This document shows positions 19,131 to 29,474 of a stretch of 64,000 nt of DNA, in pieces. This DNA is from an uncultured Desulfofustis sp. Lineage in GTDB: Bacteria; Desulfobacterota; Desulfobulbia; Desulfobulbales; Desulfocapsaceae. Under the pieces are notes generated by a model. It worked only from the letters and a program-made list of their open reading frames with translations. It was not told the origin of the DNA and did not search any database. Numbering within the stretch: position 1 is the stretch's first letter; every line of letters begins with the position of its first letter. The DNA lies in the NCBI GenBank assembly GCA_964433645.1, contig CAYSSK010000004.1, positions 2,989-66,988 of the forward strand, in the 5' to 3' direction. A program made the translations under genes and the position numbers.

Positions 19131-19601
19131 TTAGTAGTCCCTGCAGTTAAATAGAATGTATTTGCGTGCGTAGAAGTTCCAGAGAAAGACGGTGCCTACC
19201 GCTACCGCTTTGGAAATAGTGTAGTGAATAGAGAGAAAATCCGTCAGAAGCCACATCAGACCAATTGTAAAGAGTAGCCCACCACCGCCAATGACAGAAA
19301 AAATTATAAACTCTAACTTCTTATTATTGAGTTTTCCTTTCTTGAATACGTAACGAATTGCCAATCCATAGTTGACCAATAAACCAACAAAAAAGCCGGC
19401 TGTGGCTGATATAAGATGATTGATGTGAGCGAATTCTGTAAGGATTACCAGAACTGAATAGTCAAAAAAAAGAGCGATTAGGCCGACTATACCGTATTTG
19501 GTAAGTTGCGAAAGATGACTGGCTATTTTGTTAACGACGGCTGATCCCACAAGATCCTCGTAAATCTGGCAGATACTTTTCGTCGCGCCAAGATAACACA
19601 T
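19131..19601 (-). CDS. GtrA-family membrane protein
   Basis: 156 aa with 4 TM segments. The LTKYGIVGLIALFFDYSVL start and the conserved YVF basic loop are typical of GtrA-like polyprenyl-sugar handling proteins. Confidence 0.75.
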   Translation of the reverse strand: MCYLGATKSICQIYEDLVGSAVVNKIASHLSQLTKYGIVGLIALFFDYSVLVILTEFAHINHLISATAGFFVGLLVNYGLAIRYVFKKGKLNNKKLEFIIFSVIGGGGLLFTIGLMWLLTDFLSIHYTISKAVAVGTVFLWNFYARKYILFNCRDY

Positions 19602-19696
19602 TTCTTAAAAAAAGCATTGTATTGTCAATTTCACTTTATACCGTGGAGCTTTGACAAACAGGACAGATCTTTTTGGGAAACAGCTATGGAAGACGA

Positions 19697-21379
19697 TTAG
19701 CTAGGTAATTGTGTGTTAGTGTGAAACATTTTGTTCTTGATATAATTATGCGTGCTAATCGCAATGAATGTAATGTAATAAAGTACGAGGGGGTAGGCTG
19801 ACAAAAGAGGTCTGTTGATACCCCATAAGGTTATTTTTACATAGGTAAGAATACTCACAAGAGAGATAATCCCTCCCAGTAAAACAAACCCAAAAGTTGT
19901 TGCAAAATCAAATTGACGATTCCGCAGAGATTGGACCAGAAAAAACATGTGTGCAAGTACTGCCATGACAAACAAAACCGGGGTAATGAGTTTGTATGAA
20001 TTGCCTATGTCAACTTTAATGCGGAATTTTTCTACTATCATATGTTTATAGTAGTCAGGATATGATGCAATTTGATGACGATACGCAGGCACAATTTTTT
20101 CTCTCGTGACGAAGCGATAATCTTCTACCATCTCTTTTGATGCAGTTGATCTCCACTTCTCATACTCACGCTCCGAGAGTTTAAAAAATCTGAAGGTTAC
20201 TGCCTGCTTGAATATATCCCAAAAGGTTTTGGGTATATATTTTATGTATTTGGCCTTCCAGACAGGTTTAATTGAAGGTTTTCTATCTATGCAGGCGATT
20301 TCTCCTGCAGCACAGGCAGCACTTATTTCTTCGCCAACTTTTCGATAAAAATCCAGCGCTTCCGGCAGGGAATCAGCATTACCACTTTTACGGACCATAT
20401 CCCTGAAAACCCAGATATAAAATGACCTTGGCAGTTGTGATCCTTTTTCAGCTTCCTCAAAATAGGGTTGGAGCTGCTTGAAGGTTGGACTCACTTCATA
20501 TGCAGCTTCCTGGTTCTCAATTCTTACTGGTATATAGCGCTTGGTTTCATTTACATTTATGTTCATCAGTCTACCAAGAGCGGATTGGAACTCTGGTGAC
20601 TTCAGCTCGATGATATATGGGGCACCATAATGTTTCTGATTAAGTTGCTTAAAAGTGGTGGTAAAAAACGTGAATACGAGGAGAATTGGAAGCAGTAGAG
20701 CGATTCTTGTCAAAACTTTCTGAAAAGAAATATTTTCTCCTATGAAAAGAAAATACAATGCAAACAGGGCAATAGATGGGAGCAGCCAGATCCCCTCCTC
20801 TCGGGTGTACCAGAGCAGCGAAAAAATCACTCCTGCACATACACTCCAGAAGGTTCTGTTTAAAAGAGAGTATTTATATCTTATGAGAAGAGCACCCATA
20901 CATGAAAAGAGAGCGAGTACGAGCGGCATGGATAGACCAAAACGAAAGGCTCTGCCGGTGCCTGGATAAAAGTACGTAAAAGGATTGAATAAGAGAAAAA
21001 AGAAGCCAAGTACCAGGAGCCACTGGGCCCTAATGAGAGGGCGAAGAGCTACTATAGCTACGACACAAACTGCGGCGTAGAGAAGATGCTGCACCAGGAG
21101 CAAAGGCATTCCAGTATGATGTGCCGCTGCAATAAATAGTGGGTAAATCGGACCTTTCACAAGAGTAACCTGGTCATAAGGTCCGAGCCAGGTACCGCTT
21201 AATATATGCTTGGCAAGTTTGACGAAGAGGTAGTCATCATGGGGGGTGTACGTAGCCAGAAAATCTTGCGCCTCAACCAGCCACAACTTTACTACGATCA
21301 TAAACAGCATCCACCAATAGAGGGTACGGCTGCTGTAATTCTCTACACAATCTATAGGTTTAAAAATATTTGAGAGCAT
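19697..21379 (-). CDS. GT-C-like polytopic membrane protein (putative polyprenyl-phosphate-sugar-dependent glycosyltransferase)
   Basis: 560 aa with about 8 N-terminal TM segments. An acidic DD motif (TPHDDYLF) lies in the first predicted external loop, as in ArnT/PMT-type GT-C enzymes. A soluble domain and C-terminal TMs follow. The family assignment is tentative. Confidence 0.55.
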   Translation of the reverse strand: MLSNIFKPIDCVENYSSRTLYWWMLFMIVVKLWLVEAQDFLATYTPHDDYLFVKLAKHILSGTWLGPYDQVTLVKGPIYPLFIAAAHHTGMPLLLVQHLLYAAVCVVAIVALRPLIRAQWLLVLGFFFLLFNPFTYFYPGTGRAFRFGLSMPLVLALFSCMGALLIRYKYSLLNRTFWSVCAGVIFSLLWYTREEGIWLLPSIALFALYFLFIGENISFQKVLTRIALLLPILLVFTFFTTTFKQLNQKHYGAPYIIELKSPEFQSALGRLMNINVNETKRYIPVRIENQEAAYEVSPTFKQLQPYFEEAEKGSQLPRSFYIWVFRDMVRKSGNADSLPEALDFYRKVGEEISAACAAGEIACIDRKPSIKPVWKAKYIKYIPKTFWDIFKQAVTFRFFKLSEREYEKWRSTASKEMVEDYRFVTREKIVPAYRHQIASYPDYYKHMIVEKFRIKVDIGNSYKLITPVLFVMAVLAHMFFLVQSLRNRQFDFATTFGFVLLGGIISLVSILTYVKITLWGINRPLLSAYPLVLYYITFIAISTHNYIKNKMFHTNTQLPS

Positions 21380-21390
21380 CGGTGTGAAGG

Positions 21391-22968
21391 TTATTTGGAT
21401 TCGTGATATTCCTGCTCTGTATTAACTTCCCAGATATTTCTCTTTGTGGTTATTCCCTGCTGAATATTTTCAACTGCCACCATGGCTGTCAGCATGGAGT
21501 GGTCGGCGTTGTTATATCTGTGCATACCGTTCCTACCGATCATGAAGAGGTTCTCAAGCCCATCGGTAAAGGCTCGTAATTCATCAAACTGATTGTATGT
21601 TCCAAAATATGCGGGGTAGGTTTTCGGCACCCTCAAGATCGTCGAGTCGATGACATCCTTTTTGGAGATGATGTCTATTTTCTCAAGTTCATCGATGGCA
21701 AACTCAATAAATTCAGGATCCGGTTTTGACCATAGTTCATCCCCCTCATGGCAAAAATATTCAAGGCCAATCCAGACATTATCCCGCTCGGCCACCATAT
21801 ACGGACTCCAGTTGTTGAAGATCTGGAGGCGGCCAATCTTGACATCACTTTCCTGGATGTAAATCCAGTTGTCAGGGACAATGTTATTGAGGGTCTTGTT
21901 TTTCGTATCGTTGGTAATCTGTAATTTTTTCAATAGAAGGCCAACGGTGATAAAGTCTCTGTACACAAGTCCATTCGCAATATTTTTGACCTTGTCAGGT
22001 ACTTCGGCTGGTGTCATTCTACCAATTAGGTCTTTAATTGGCATTGTCGAAAAGAGGTAGTCGCATTCATGAGTTATCTCTTCACCGTTATTGTGATTAC
22101 GAACCGTAAGAAATTTAGCCGAGTTTGAGATAATTCCTATGCCCACTGCTTCATGTTTCATATGAATTTCACCACCTTTTTTTTCAACAAGTCTTGCAAC
22201 CTCTTCCCATAGTTGTCCCGGGCCAAGTTTAGGGTAGAGAAACTGTTCAATAAGTGATGTTTCTGTATTTTTCTGATCGATGGATTTGTCGCTTACAAAG
22301 ATCGCCTTGACGGCATGGATGAGGGTTTTGGTGATGGAAAGCCCCTTGATTCTTTGGGCTCCCCAATCGGCAGGTATTTCTTCACAGGGAACACCCCAGA
22401 CTTTTTCGGTGTAATCTTTGAAAAAGGTGTTGTAAAGCTCCCTACCGAAGCGATTGATGAGAAAGTCTTCGAGGCTTTTTTCATCCTTGATTGGCTTGAG
22501 GTTTATCCAGACATACGAAATCCCAATTTTAGCAATGCGTACAATACCGAGATTTTTGAATGTGTTCAGCTTCAGCGAAATAGGATAGTCGAAGAATGAA
22601 CGCAGGAAGAAAATCCTGGACAATCTGCTCCTGATAAGCATGACCCTGTCTATGTTTTCAGGGTCATTTTCACTGTTTTCAACTGGTATGGGGAGCTTTC
22701 GCTTCAAAATAATATCATCATAGGCAGGTTTACCCTGCAGAGGCATGATGTTTTGCCACCAATCCATGACCCGCCCAGATTTAGAAAAAAATCTGTGACC
22801 ACCTATATCGATGCGATTCCCTTTATAGTTTATTGTTTTTGAAATGCCGCCGATGTCTGATGACATTTCAAATATTACAGGTTTGATGTCAGTATATTTG
22901 AGAAGTTCGTAAGCCGCAGTCAGTCCTGCCGGGCCTGCACCAATGATGAGAGCTTTTTTCTGGGTCAT
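21391..22968 (-). CDS. NAD(P)/FAD-dependent oxidoreductase (amine-oxidase / UDP-galactopyranose-mutase-like fold)
   Basis: 525 aa with an N-terminal dinucleotide-binding motif [19 protein letters not shown]. It lies in an operon with the GT-C-like and GtrA genes. Confidence 0.8.
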   Translation of the reverse strand: MTQKKALIIGAGPAGLTAAYELLKYTDIKPVIFEMSSDIGGISKTINYKGNRIDIGGHRFFSKSGRVMDWWQNIMPLQGKPAYDDIILKRKLPIPVENSENDPENIDRVMLIRSRLSRIFFLRSFFDYPISLKLNTFKNLGIVRIAKIGISYVWINLKPIKDEKSLEDFLINRFGRELYNTFFKDYTEKVWGVPCEEIPADWGAQRIKGLSITKTLIHAVKAIFVSDKSIDQKNTETSLIEQFLYPKLGPGQLWEEVARLVEKKGGEIHMKHEAVGIGIISNSAKFLTVRNHNNGEEITHECDYLFSTMPIKDLIGRMTPAEVPDKVKNIANGLVYRDFITVGLLLKKLQITNDTKNKTLNNIVPDNWIYIQESDVKIGRLQIFNNWSPYMVAERDNVWIGLEYFCHEGDELWSKPDPEFIEFAIDELEKIDIISKKDVIDSTILRVPKTYPAYFGTYNQFDELRAFTDGLENLFMIGRNGMHRYNNADHSMLTAMVAVENIQQGITTKRNIWEVNTEQEYHESK

Positions 22969-23102
22969 GATTAAAAAAATATTTTTCGAAACTCTTTATG
23001 AGTAGCTGTGCTGCGGTAAGTTGCAATCGCGTTTTTGTTTTGGACTCAATTGATTACCACGGGATATATCATTTTATCCTTCAGGTTTCGAGAGATATTT
23101 CA

Positions 23103-23285
23103 GTTGCCGAGATACTTGGCCTGTTCCCTGGGGGGCACGTGGGTGCGGTGTTCTTTCCAGTCGGCGTTTTTGATGGCCAGGTAGCTGTTGTAGATTTGTT
23201 TGCCGAGAATCTCCGGCAGAATCTTGCTGCGCTCCGCTTCCACGAGTGTTTCAAACGTCGATTTGGGCAGGAGCCGCTGGTCCCA
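23103..23285 (-). pseudogene. Glutamine-synthetase-family 3' end remnant
   Basis: The ~60-aa frame LLPKSTFETLVEAERSKILPEILGKQIYNSYLAIKNADWKEHRTHVPPREQAKYLGN* follows the GS C-terminal pattern LP.sl.eAl..l.......LG..i...y...K..EW..y...V...E...YL. Upstream homology is replaced by transposase sequence. Confidence 0.5.
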
Positions 23286-23287
23286 GA

Positions 23288-23705
23288 TGCGATGAGCTGA
23301 ATGCGAGCCAACACGTTGAGGTTGTAGGCAACAATCGTACTCCACAGGTATGCCTTGAAGCCTGCCCAGCCCGACCAGTTACAGCGTTTCATCCCATAAC
23401 TTCGTTTCAGTGTCGAAAAGTTTGCCTCGATCCCGGCCCGAAAATTCCGCAGCCGCCGATACACCCAGGTGCTCTTGGCCATTTCCACGATCGACAGACC
23501 GCGTTGCTTGGCAAAGACCACGTCCTTGACGTGTGCTGCCTTGGCTCCCGCCAGGTTCGCCTTCGAAGCAAAGCCGCCATCCGCCGTGCTCTGCCGGGGC
23601 GGACGACCGTATTGCTCGATATGCCGCTCCAACAACGGCAGAAACAGGTCGGTGTCGGCCGGGTTGCCACACTCAACCAGACAATCAAGAATAGGGCAAC
23701 CGCTA
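23288..23705 (-). pseudogene. Truncated DDE transposase (IS4/IS5-superfamily, ISNCY-like), C-terminal portion only
   Basis: The frame reads ...CGNPADTDLFLPLLERHIEQYGRPPRQSTADGGFASKANL...RNFRAGIEANFSTLKRSYGMKRCNWSGWAGFKAYLWSTIVAYNLNVLARIQL. There is no start codon or N-terminal half, and the frame runs on into the GS remnant without a proper stop. Confidence 0.6.
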
Positions 23706-23984
23706 GCAGAATGCTACCCGCCTGAAAGGCGGGGGTTTAAATCTTTAGCAGGAACAATCAACGAATCACAGATGGCCGAGGTCCAGCGCCTCAGCGCAAA
23801 CGATGCGGTCTCTGCACCGAAAATCCAGGGCCGTCTCCACCGATCCACCGATTGGAGGCCGAGCTGACTCGTAATGAACTGGCGGCGCTGGCATTCATGC
23901 TGATCAAACGCCTCAAGGAAAACCGGCACGGTTAGCATGCTGCCGGCCAACGAAACACGCCGGGCACCAGGCTGCCGGCGCATA

Positions 23985-25238
23985 TCAATCGATACCGGGC
24001 GGCGGGAAGGCCTTGCAGAAAGCGGCGACATCGACCCCGATCTCGATGATCAGCCGCTCGTTTTCCGGCTCCGAGACCACCGCGTTGATCCACTCACCGA
24101 CCTGGAGCATCTCCGCTTCCTTGAATCCCCTGGTCGTCACCGCCGATGTCCCGATCCGGATACCGCTCGGATTGCCCGGCTTTCGGGTATCGAACGGCAC
24201 GGCGTTGTAGTTGACCACCAGTCCCGCCTTGTCGAGCGCTCTGGCGGCCTGTTTGCCGGTAACTTCCTTGCTGGTCAAATCCACGAGCAGCAGGTGGTTG
24301 TCGGTGCCGCCTGTTACCAGGTCAAAGCTCCGTTTGCGCAACGTCTCGGCCAGGGCCCGAGCATTTTTCACGATCTGGTCGGCATAGGCGGCAAATTCCG
24401 GGGTCGCCGCTTCCTTGAAGGCCACCGCCATGGCCGCGGTGGTATGATTGTGCGGCCCACCCTGTATTCCGGGAAAGACCGCCTTGTCGATGGCGGCTCC
24501 GTATTCCCGCTTGCACATGATAATCGCACCGCGCGGACCCCGCAGGGACTTGTGGGTGGTGGTGGTCACCACGTCGGCCCACGGCAGCGGAGACGGGTGC
24601 GCGCCGCCGGCGACCAGCCCGGCGAAATGAGCCATATCGACGAGCAGCAGGGCCCCGACCTCGTCTGCAATCTCCCGGAACCGCTCAAAATCGAGAACCC
24701 GCGGATAGGCGGAGTGGCCGGCAATGATGATTTTCGGCCGGCATTGCCGAGCCGTTTCCAGGAGCTGCCGATAATCGATCACCCCGGTTTCCGGACTCAA
24801 CGTGTACTGTTCGGCCCGAAAATATCTGCCGGAGATACTCACCGCTGCGCCGTGGGTCAAATGACCGCCATGCGGCAGAGCCATACCGAGGATGGTGTCA
24901 CCGGGCTTGAGAAAGGCGAGATAGACGGCGAGATTGGCCGGTGACCCGGAATACGGCTGCACGTTCACATGCTCGGCGCCAAACAGGTCCATGGCCCGCT
25001 CGATAGCCAGCGTCTCTATCTGGTCGATGACTTGCTGACCCTCGTAATAGCGCCGGCCGGGATAACCTTCCGAATACTTGTTGGTCAGAACCGAGCCGGT
25101 AGCCTGCAATACCGCCGAAGAAACATAATTTTCCGAAGCGATCAGACGGATCTTGTCGAACTGCCTTCGTTCTTCCTGTTTGATCAACTCATAGATTTCC
25201 GGATCAATCTGTCTGATGTCGTTCATTGTTCCTGCCAT
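23985..25238 (-). CDS. glyA: Serine hydroxymethyltransferase
   Basis: 417 aa with strong SHMT signatures: LIASENYVS, the PLP-Lys motif VTTTTHKSLRGPRG, and GGTDNHLLLVDL. Confidence 0.95.
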   Translation of the reverse strand: MAGTMNDIRQIDPEIYELIKQEERRQFDKIRLIASENYVSSAVLQATGSVLTNKYSEGYPGRRYYEGQQVIDQIETLAIERAMDLFGAEHVNVQPYSGSPANLAVYLAFLKPGDTILGMALPHGGHLTHGAAVSISGRYFRAEQYTLSPETGVIDYRQLLETARQCRPKIIIAGHSAYPRVLDFERFREIADEVGALLLVDMAHFAGLVAGGAHPSPLPWADVVTTTTHKSLRGPRGAIIMCKREYGAAIDKAVFPGIQGGPHNHTTAAMAVAFKEAATPEFAAYADQIVKNARALAETLRKRSFDLVTGGTDNHLLLVDLTSKEVTGKQAARALDKAGLVVNYNAVPFDTRKPGNPSGIRIGTSAVTTRGFKEAEMLQVGEWINAVVSEPENERLIIEIGVDVAAFCKAFPPPGID

Positions 25239-25260
25239 CTATTGCTCGTCAAAATATCTC

Positions 25261-25872
25261 TTACTCCACCTTGTCTTTACCATCTCTTCTCAGCAGGCGC
25301 GCCGCCTCCTCATCACCCGGGCGATTACGCTGATGCAGGTAGGATCCGAGCCGCTGTCTGGCCTGCCGATCCTTCTTCTGCGCCAGATCGCTCTTGCCGC
25401 TGATCGATTCGATGCGCACCGCAACCACCAGGCACAACGCCACCGCCGGTGTTGCGGCGGTGATCGGGGGAAACTCGGTGTCGGCCGGTTCGTGGGCAAC
25501 CACCAGAGCGTTCAGCGCCCGCACTTTCTCGTCGATCCGATCGACGGCCTCGGCCCGCCCCCGGATGATCACACAGTGGTAGAACTGATGGACCAGGCAT
25601 GGTTCGGGAAGATCACCATAATAGCCAAGATCAAGATAGGCAAGCGGAATGTCGACGGTAAAGCAGACCCGTGGGTCGCGCCTGATATTGTCGAGTTTCT
25701 CGCCGGCCCGGGCGCAGTGAAAATAGATCGAACCGTCGAGATAGACGTAGTTGACCGGAGTGATGTAGGGGTAACCGTCGTTGCCGATCGTTGCCAGCCG
25801 GCCGATCGTGGAACGGTGCAGAATGGCATCCATTACCGCCCGGTCGGTAATTTCGCACTGGGCTCGTTTCAT
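25261..25872 (-). CDS. Pyridoxamine 5'-phosphate oxidase family (NimA-like) FMN-binding protein
   Basis: Start placed at MKRAQCEI. The sequence ILHRSTIGRLATIGNDGYPYITPVNYVYLDGSIYFHCARAGEKLDNIRRDPRVCFTVD is typical of the split-barrel family. The ORF-track upstream extension would overlap rph. Confidence 0.8.
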   Translation of the reverse strand: MKRAQCEITDRAVMDAILHRSTIGRLATIGNDGYPYITPVNYVYLDGSIYFHCARAGEKLDNIRRDPRVCFTVDIPLAYLDLGYYGDLPEPCLVHQFYHCVIIRGRAEAVDRIDEKVRALNALVVAHEPADTEFPPITAATPAVALCLVVAVRIESISGKSDLAQKKDRQARQRLGSYLHQRNRPGDEEAARLLRRDGKDKVE

Positions 25873-25879
25873 GTCGTCC

Positions 25880-26623
25880 TCACGCGCGCGCCGCCGGATA
25901 ATCGAGCTCCGGCCGCTGCCACAGAGACTGCAGCGTCTCAATGCCGACCCGGGCAGCATCCTTCATCAGGCCGAACTCAGCGTCGGTGAGCGGCCGCCCC
26001 TCGGCGGACACCTGGATCTCGACCCAGTCACTGCCGGCCATCACGAAGTTGCCGTCCGCCTCGGCCCGGGCGTCTTCACGATAGTCGAGATCGAGCAGCA
26101 CCTCGCCATCCACCAGGCCGACCGAAACCGCCGCCACCGGCCGCAGCAGCGGCAGACACCCCAACCGCTGTTCACGCACCATCCTGACGATGGCCGACCG
26201 CACCGCCAGCGCCGCCCCGGTAATCGCGGCCGTGCGCGTCCCTCCGTCGGCGTTGAGAACATCGCAATCGACCCGCAGTGTATAGGGGCAGAGCCGGGTA
26301 AGATCGACCATCTGCCGCAGGCTGCGGCCAATCAAACGCTGAATCTCCATACTCCGCCCGGATCGCCCCGCCGCTTCCCGGCGATTTCGGGACGAGGTCG
26401 CACCCGGCAACATTGCATATTCCGCAGTGATCCAGCCCTGACCGGTGTTTTCCAGAAACGGCGGCACCTTATCTTCCAGGCTGACCGCACAGACCACCTG
26501 GGTGGCGCCGGTGCTGATAAGCAGCGAGGCATAGGACTGCGGCTGGATATCCGGCTCGACGCGAAACGGTCTCGGCGTATCGGCCGCCCGATCGTGGGCA
26601 CGCTGCCAGGCTTTCGTGGTCAT
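25880..26623 (-). CDS. rph: Ribonuclease PH
   Basis: 247 aa with GSALISTG-like SLLISTGATQVVC, TAEYAMLPGATSSRNRRE, EIQRLIGRSLR and DCDVLNADGGTRTAAITGA. Confidence 0.9.
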   Translation of the reverse strand: MTTKAWQRAHDRAADTPRPFRVEPDIQPQSYASLLISTGATQVVCAVSLEDKVPPFLENTGQGWITAEYAMLPGATSSRNRREAAGRSGRSMEIQRLIGRSLRQMVDLTRLCPYTLRVDCDVLNADGGTRTAAITGAALAVRSAIVRMVREQRLGCLPLLRPVAAVSVGLVDGEVLLDLDYREDARAEADGNFVMAGSDWVEIQVSAEGRPLTDAEFGLMKDAARVGIETLQSLWQRPELDYPAARA

Positions 26624-26635
26624 GGTCGGGCACTC

Positions 26636-27934
26636 CTAGAGTTCACGTTTGTCGATGATCCGGGCGCCTTTGCCGTTGAACCGCTCCAGGCTCCGCTCCT
26701 CGACCAGCTTGACCTCGACGCTGACCCCGAGTTCCGTGGCCAGCCGTTTCTTGATCTGCTCGATAACCTGGCGCTGCTTCTTCATCTCATGGAAAAAGAG
26801 TGATTCGACGACCTCGACGAGAACGGTCATGCGATCCTCGTTCTGCTGCCGTTCGATGACCAGGTTATAGTGGGGCTGCGTTCCTTCGATATCGAACAGG
26901 ATGGCTTCGATCTGCATCGGAAAGACGTTGACTCCCTTGATGATCAGCATGTCGTCGGTCCGGCCGGTGATACGCTGGATCCGCTGCAACGTGCGCCCGC
27001 AGGGACACGGCTCGGGCAGCAGCCGGGTCAGGTCCCGGGTGCGATAGCGGATCACCGGAAACGCCTCCTTGGTCAGCGTGGTGATGACCAACTCGCCGAT
27101 CTCACCGGGGGCAACCGGCTCCAGGGTTTCCGGATCGAGGATCTCGACCAGGAAGTGATCCTCGTTGACGTGCAGTCCGTTGCATTCAAGGCATTCCCCG
27201 GCCACGCCGGGCCCCATCACTTCGGAGAGGCCATAGTTGTCGGTGGCGATGATGCCGAGGCGCTCGTTAATCTGCCGGCGCATCCGCTCGGACCAGGGCT
27301 CGGCGCCGAACAGGCCATATTTCAGCGACAACCCGCTCGGGTTGATGCCCATATCCATCATCACATCGGCCATTTTCAGTGCGTAGGACGGCGTGCAGAC
27401 CAGGGCCGTGGTCTTGAAGTCCTGCATGATCTGGATCTGCCGCCGGGTATTGCCGGCGGAGATCGGAATAACCGACGCGCCGAGCCGTTCCGCCCCGTAA
27501 TGGAGGCCGAAGCCGCCGGTAAACAGGCCGTAGCCGAAGGCGATCTGGATCACATCGTCCTTGGTCACTCCGGCCGCGGTGAGAATGCGGGCAACCAGGT
27601 TCGACCAGGTGCGGATGTCGTTGCCGCTATAACCGACCACGGTCGCCATGCCGGTGGTCCCGGATGAAGAATGAATCCGGACCACGTCGCGTAGCGGCAC
27701 GGCAAACAGGCCGTAGGGATAATTGTCGCGCAGGTCCTGCTTGGTGGTGAACGGCAGCCGGCGCAGATCGTCGAGCGAACCGAGCGACTCGTAATCGAGT
27801 TTCATATCGAAGAACTTGTTGCGATAAAACGGCACATGGGTGCCGACCCGGTACAATGTCGCCTGGAGCCGCTCCAGCTGCAATTGCTCGAGTTCGTCTC
27901 GCGCGATGCACTCCCTCTCTTCTTCCCAGAACAT
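26636..27934 (-). CDS. paaK: Phenylacetate--CoA ligase family (PaaK / coenzyme F390 synthetase-like)
   Basis: MFWEEERE...LQLERLQ N-terminus, the AMP-binding motif [14 protein letters not shown], and a C-terminal ACT-like tail. ATG 27934 has GGAG upstream and is preferred over TTG 27967. Confidence 0.85.
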   Translation of the reverse strand: MFWEEERECIARDELEQLQLERLQATLYRVGTHVPFYRNKFFDMKLDYESLGSLDDLRRLPFTTKQDLRDNYPYGLFAVPLRDVVRIHSSSGTTGMATVVGYSGNDIRTWSNLVARILTAAGVTKDDVIQIAFGYGLFTGGFGLHYGAERLGASVIPISAGNTRRQIQIMQDFKTTALVCTPSYALKMADVMMDMGINPSGLSLKYGLFGAEPWSERMRRQINERLGIIATDNYGLSEVMGPGVAGECLECNGLHVNEDHFLVEILDPETLEPVAPGEIGELVITTLTKEAFPVIRYRTRDLTRLLPEPCPCGRTLQRIQRITGRTDDMLIIKGVNVFPMQIEAILFDIEGTQPHYNLVIERQQNEDRMTVLVEVVESLFFHEMKKQRQVIEQIKKRLATELGVSVEVKLVEERSLERFNGKGARIIDKREL

Positions 27935-27985
27935 CTTCTCACTCCATCTCTTCGTATCAGCCTGCAAACCGGCGCCCGCCGGCGG

Positions 27986-28708
27986 CTAGTGGATCCGCTC
28001 CCGCCCCAGATAGGCCCGCTGCACATCGCGATTGGCCAGCAGGTCCTCGGCGGTCCCCTGTAGTATCACCTTGCCGGTTTCCAGCACGTAGCCGCGATCG
28101 GCGATGGACAGGGCCGCCTTGGCGTTCTGTTCGACGAGCAGTACCGTATTGCCTTCTTCACGCAGCCGGACGATAACCCGGAAAATCTCCTGAACGATCA
28201 GCGGAGCGAGGCCGGTGGACGGCTCGTCCATCATGATCAGCGACGGCTTCGACATCAGGGACCGGGCCATGGCCAACATCTGCTGCTCCCCGCCGGACAG
28301 CGTGCCGGCCAGCTGCTGCCGCCGCTGGTGCAGGATCGGGAACAACTCATACTGGTGGGCCAGCTGCTCGGCAACCAGCTGCCGACCCCGCCGCCGGAGC
28401 ACATGGCCGCCCAAAATCAGGTTTTCCTCCACCGACAGCGGCGCGAACACCTGCCGGCCCTCCGGCACCATCACGCAGCCGAGTGCCGGAATCTTCTGCG
28501 CGGCCAGCATGGTGATCGGCCGGTCGCGAAATTCGATCTCGCCCGAGGTCGCGCGCAAGAGTCCGGCTATCGTGGTCAAAAGGGTCGTCTTGCCGGCGCC
28601 GTTGGCACCGATGATGGCAACGATCTCTCCCGCCTTGACGTGCATGGAGATCTGCTTGAGAACCTTGAGCTTGCCATAGCCGGAGGAGAGATTTCTGATT
28701 TTCAGCAT
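27986..28708 (-). CDS. livF: Branched-chain amino acid ABC transporter ATP-binding protein (LivF-type)
   Basis: Walker A GANGAGKTT, signature LSGGEQQMLAMARSL, Walker B LIMMDEPSTGLAP. It is the last of five liv-type genes. Confidence 0.9.
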   Translation of the reverse strand: MLKIRNLSSGYGKLKVLKQISMHVKAGEIVAIIGANGAGKTTLLTTIAGLLRATSGEIEFRDRPITMLAAQKIPALGCVMVPEGRQVFAPLSVEENLILGGHVLRRRGRQLVAEQLAHQYELFPILHQRRQQLAGTLSGGEQQMLAMARSLMSKPSLIMMDEPSTGLAPLIVQEIFRVIVRLREEGNTVLLVEQNAKAALSIADRGYVLETGKVILQGTAEDLLANRDVQRAYLGRERIH

Positions 28709-28718
28709 GACCTGACCG

Positions 28719-29474
28719 CTACTCCCCGAGATACACCTTGATTACTTCTTCGTTGCGCTGGATCGCCTCCGGCACGTCTTCGGCGATCTTTCGCCCGAAA
28801 CTGAGCACGACGATCTCATCGGATATATCCATCACCAGCGACATGTCATGCTCGACGAGCACCACGGTAATGCCGAGCTGCCGAATCGAGCTGATCAGCC
28901 GGCCGACCTCGGCGGTCTCATAGATATTGAGACCGGCCGCCGGCTCGTCGAGCAGCAGCAGTTCCGGTTCCATGGCCAGCGCCCGGGCCAGTTCGACCGC
29001 CCGCTGCTGGCCAAAAGCCAGGCTGGTGGCCTCGACCTCGGCCAACTCGGCAATGCCAAGCATTTCCAGGCGCTCCAGAGCCGCCTGCCGGATTCGCTGT
29101 TCTTCGGCCAAGACCGAGGGGAGGTGGAGCATCGAGGCGATGAAACCGCCGCAGCTCCTGATATGCCGGCCGATCATCACGTTCTCCAGCACCGTCATGC
29201 CGGGGAACAGCTTGATGTTCTGAAAGGTCCGGGCAACCCCGAATGAGGCGATCTGATGGGGCTTGCGGCCGGTAATATCGCGGCCGTCAAGCAGCACCGA
29301 TCCCGACGTGGGCGCCAGTGAACCGGTGATTAGGTTGAACAGGGTGGTCTTGCCGGCCCCGTTGGGTCCGATCACCGCCTTGATCGCCCCGCGCTCGACC
29401 GCAAAGGAAACCTCGCTGACCGCCTGCAGGCCGCCGAACTTTTTTCCCAGATCCGAGACTGCCAGCAAGGCCAT
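28719..29474 (-). CDS. livG: Branched-chain amino acid ABC transporter ATP-binding protein (LivG-type)
   Basis: Walker A GPNGAGKTT, the LivG-specific insert, a QQRAVELARAL signature region, and LLLLDEPAAGLN. Confidence 0.9.
   Translation of the reverse strand: MALLAVSDLGKKFGGLQAVSEVSFAVERGAIKAVIGPNGAGKTTLFNLITGSLAPTSGSVLLDGRDITGRKPHQIASFGVARTFQNIKLFPGMTVLENVMIGRHIRSCGGFIASMLHLPSVLAEEQRIRQAALERLEMLGIAELAEVEATSLAFGQQRAVELARALAMEPELLLLDEPAAGLNIYETAEVGRLISSIRQLGITVVLVEHDMSLVMDISDEIVVLSFGRKIAEDVPEAIQRNEEVIKVYLGE

Noticed and set aside
23714-24031. 105-aa minus-strand ORF, and a plus-strand frame ending ...RLEAELTRNELAALAFMLIKRLKENRHG, between the transposase fragment and glyA.
   Set aside because: Both strands give equally plausible-looking amphipathic peptides, neither has a start context or a motif I can name, and the minus-strand ORF overlaps the glyA 3' end. 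The region is left as unassigned IS debris.
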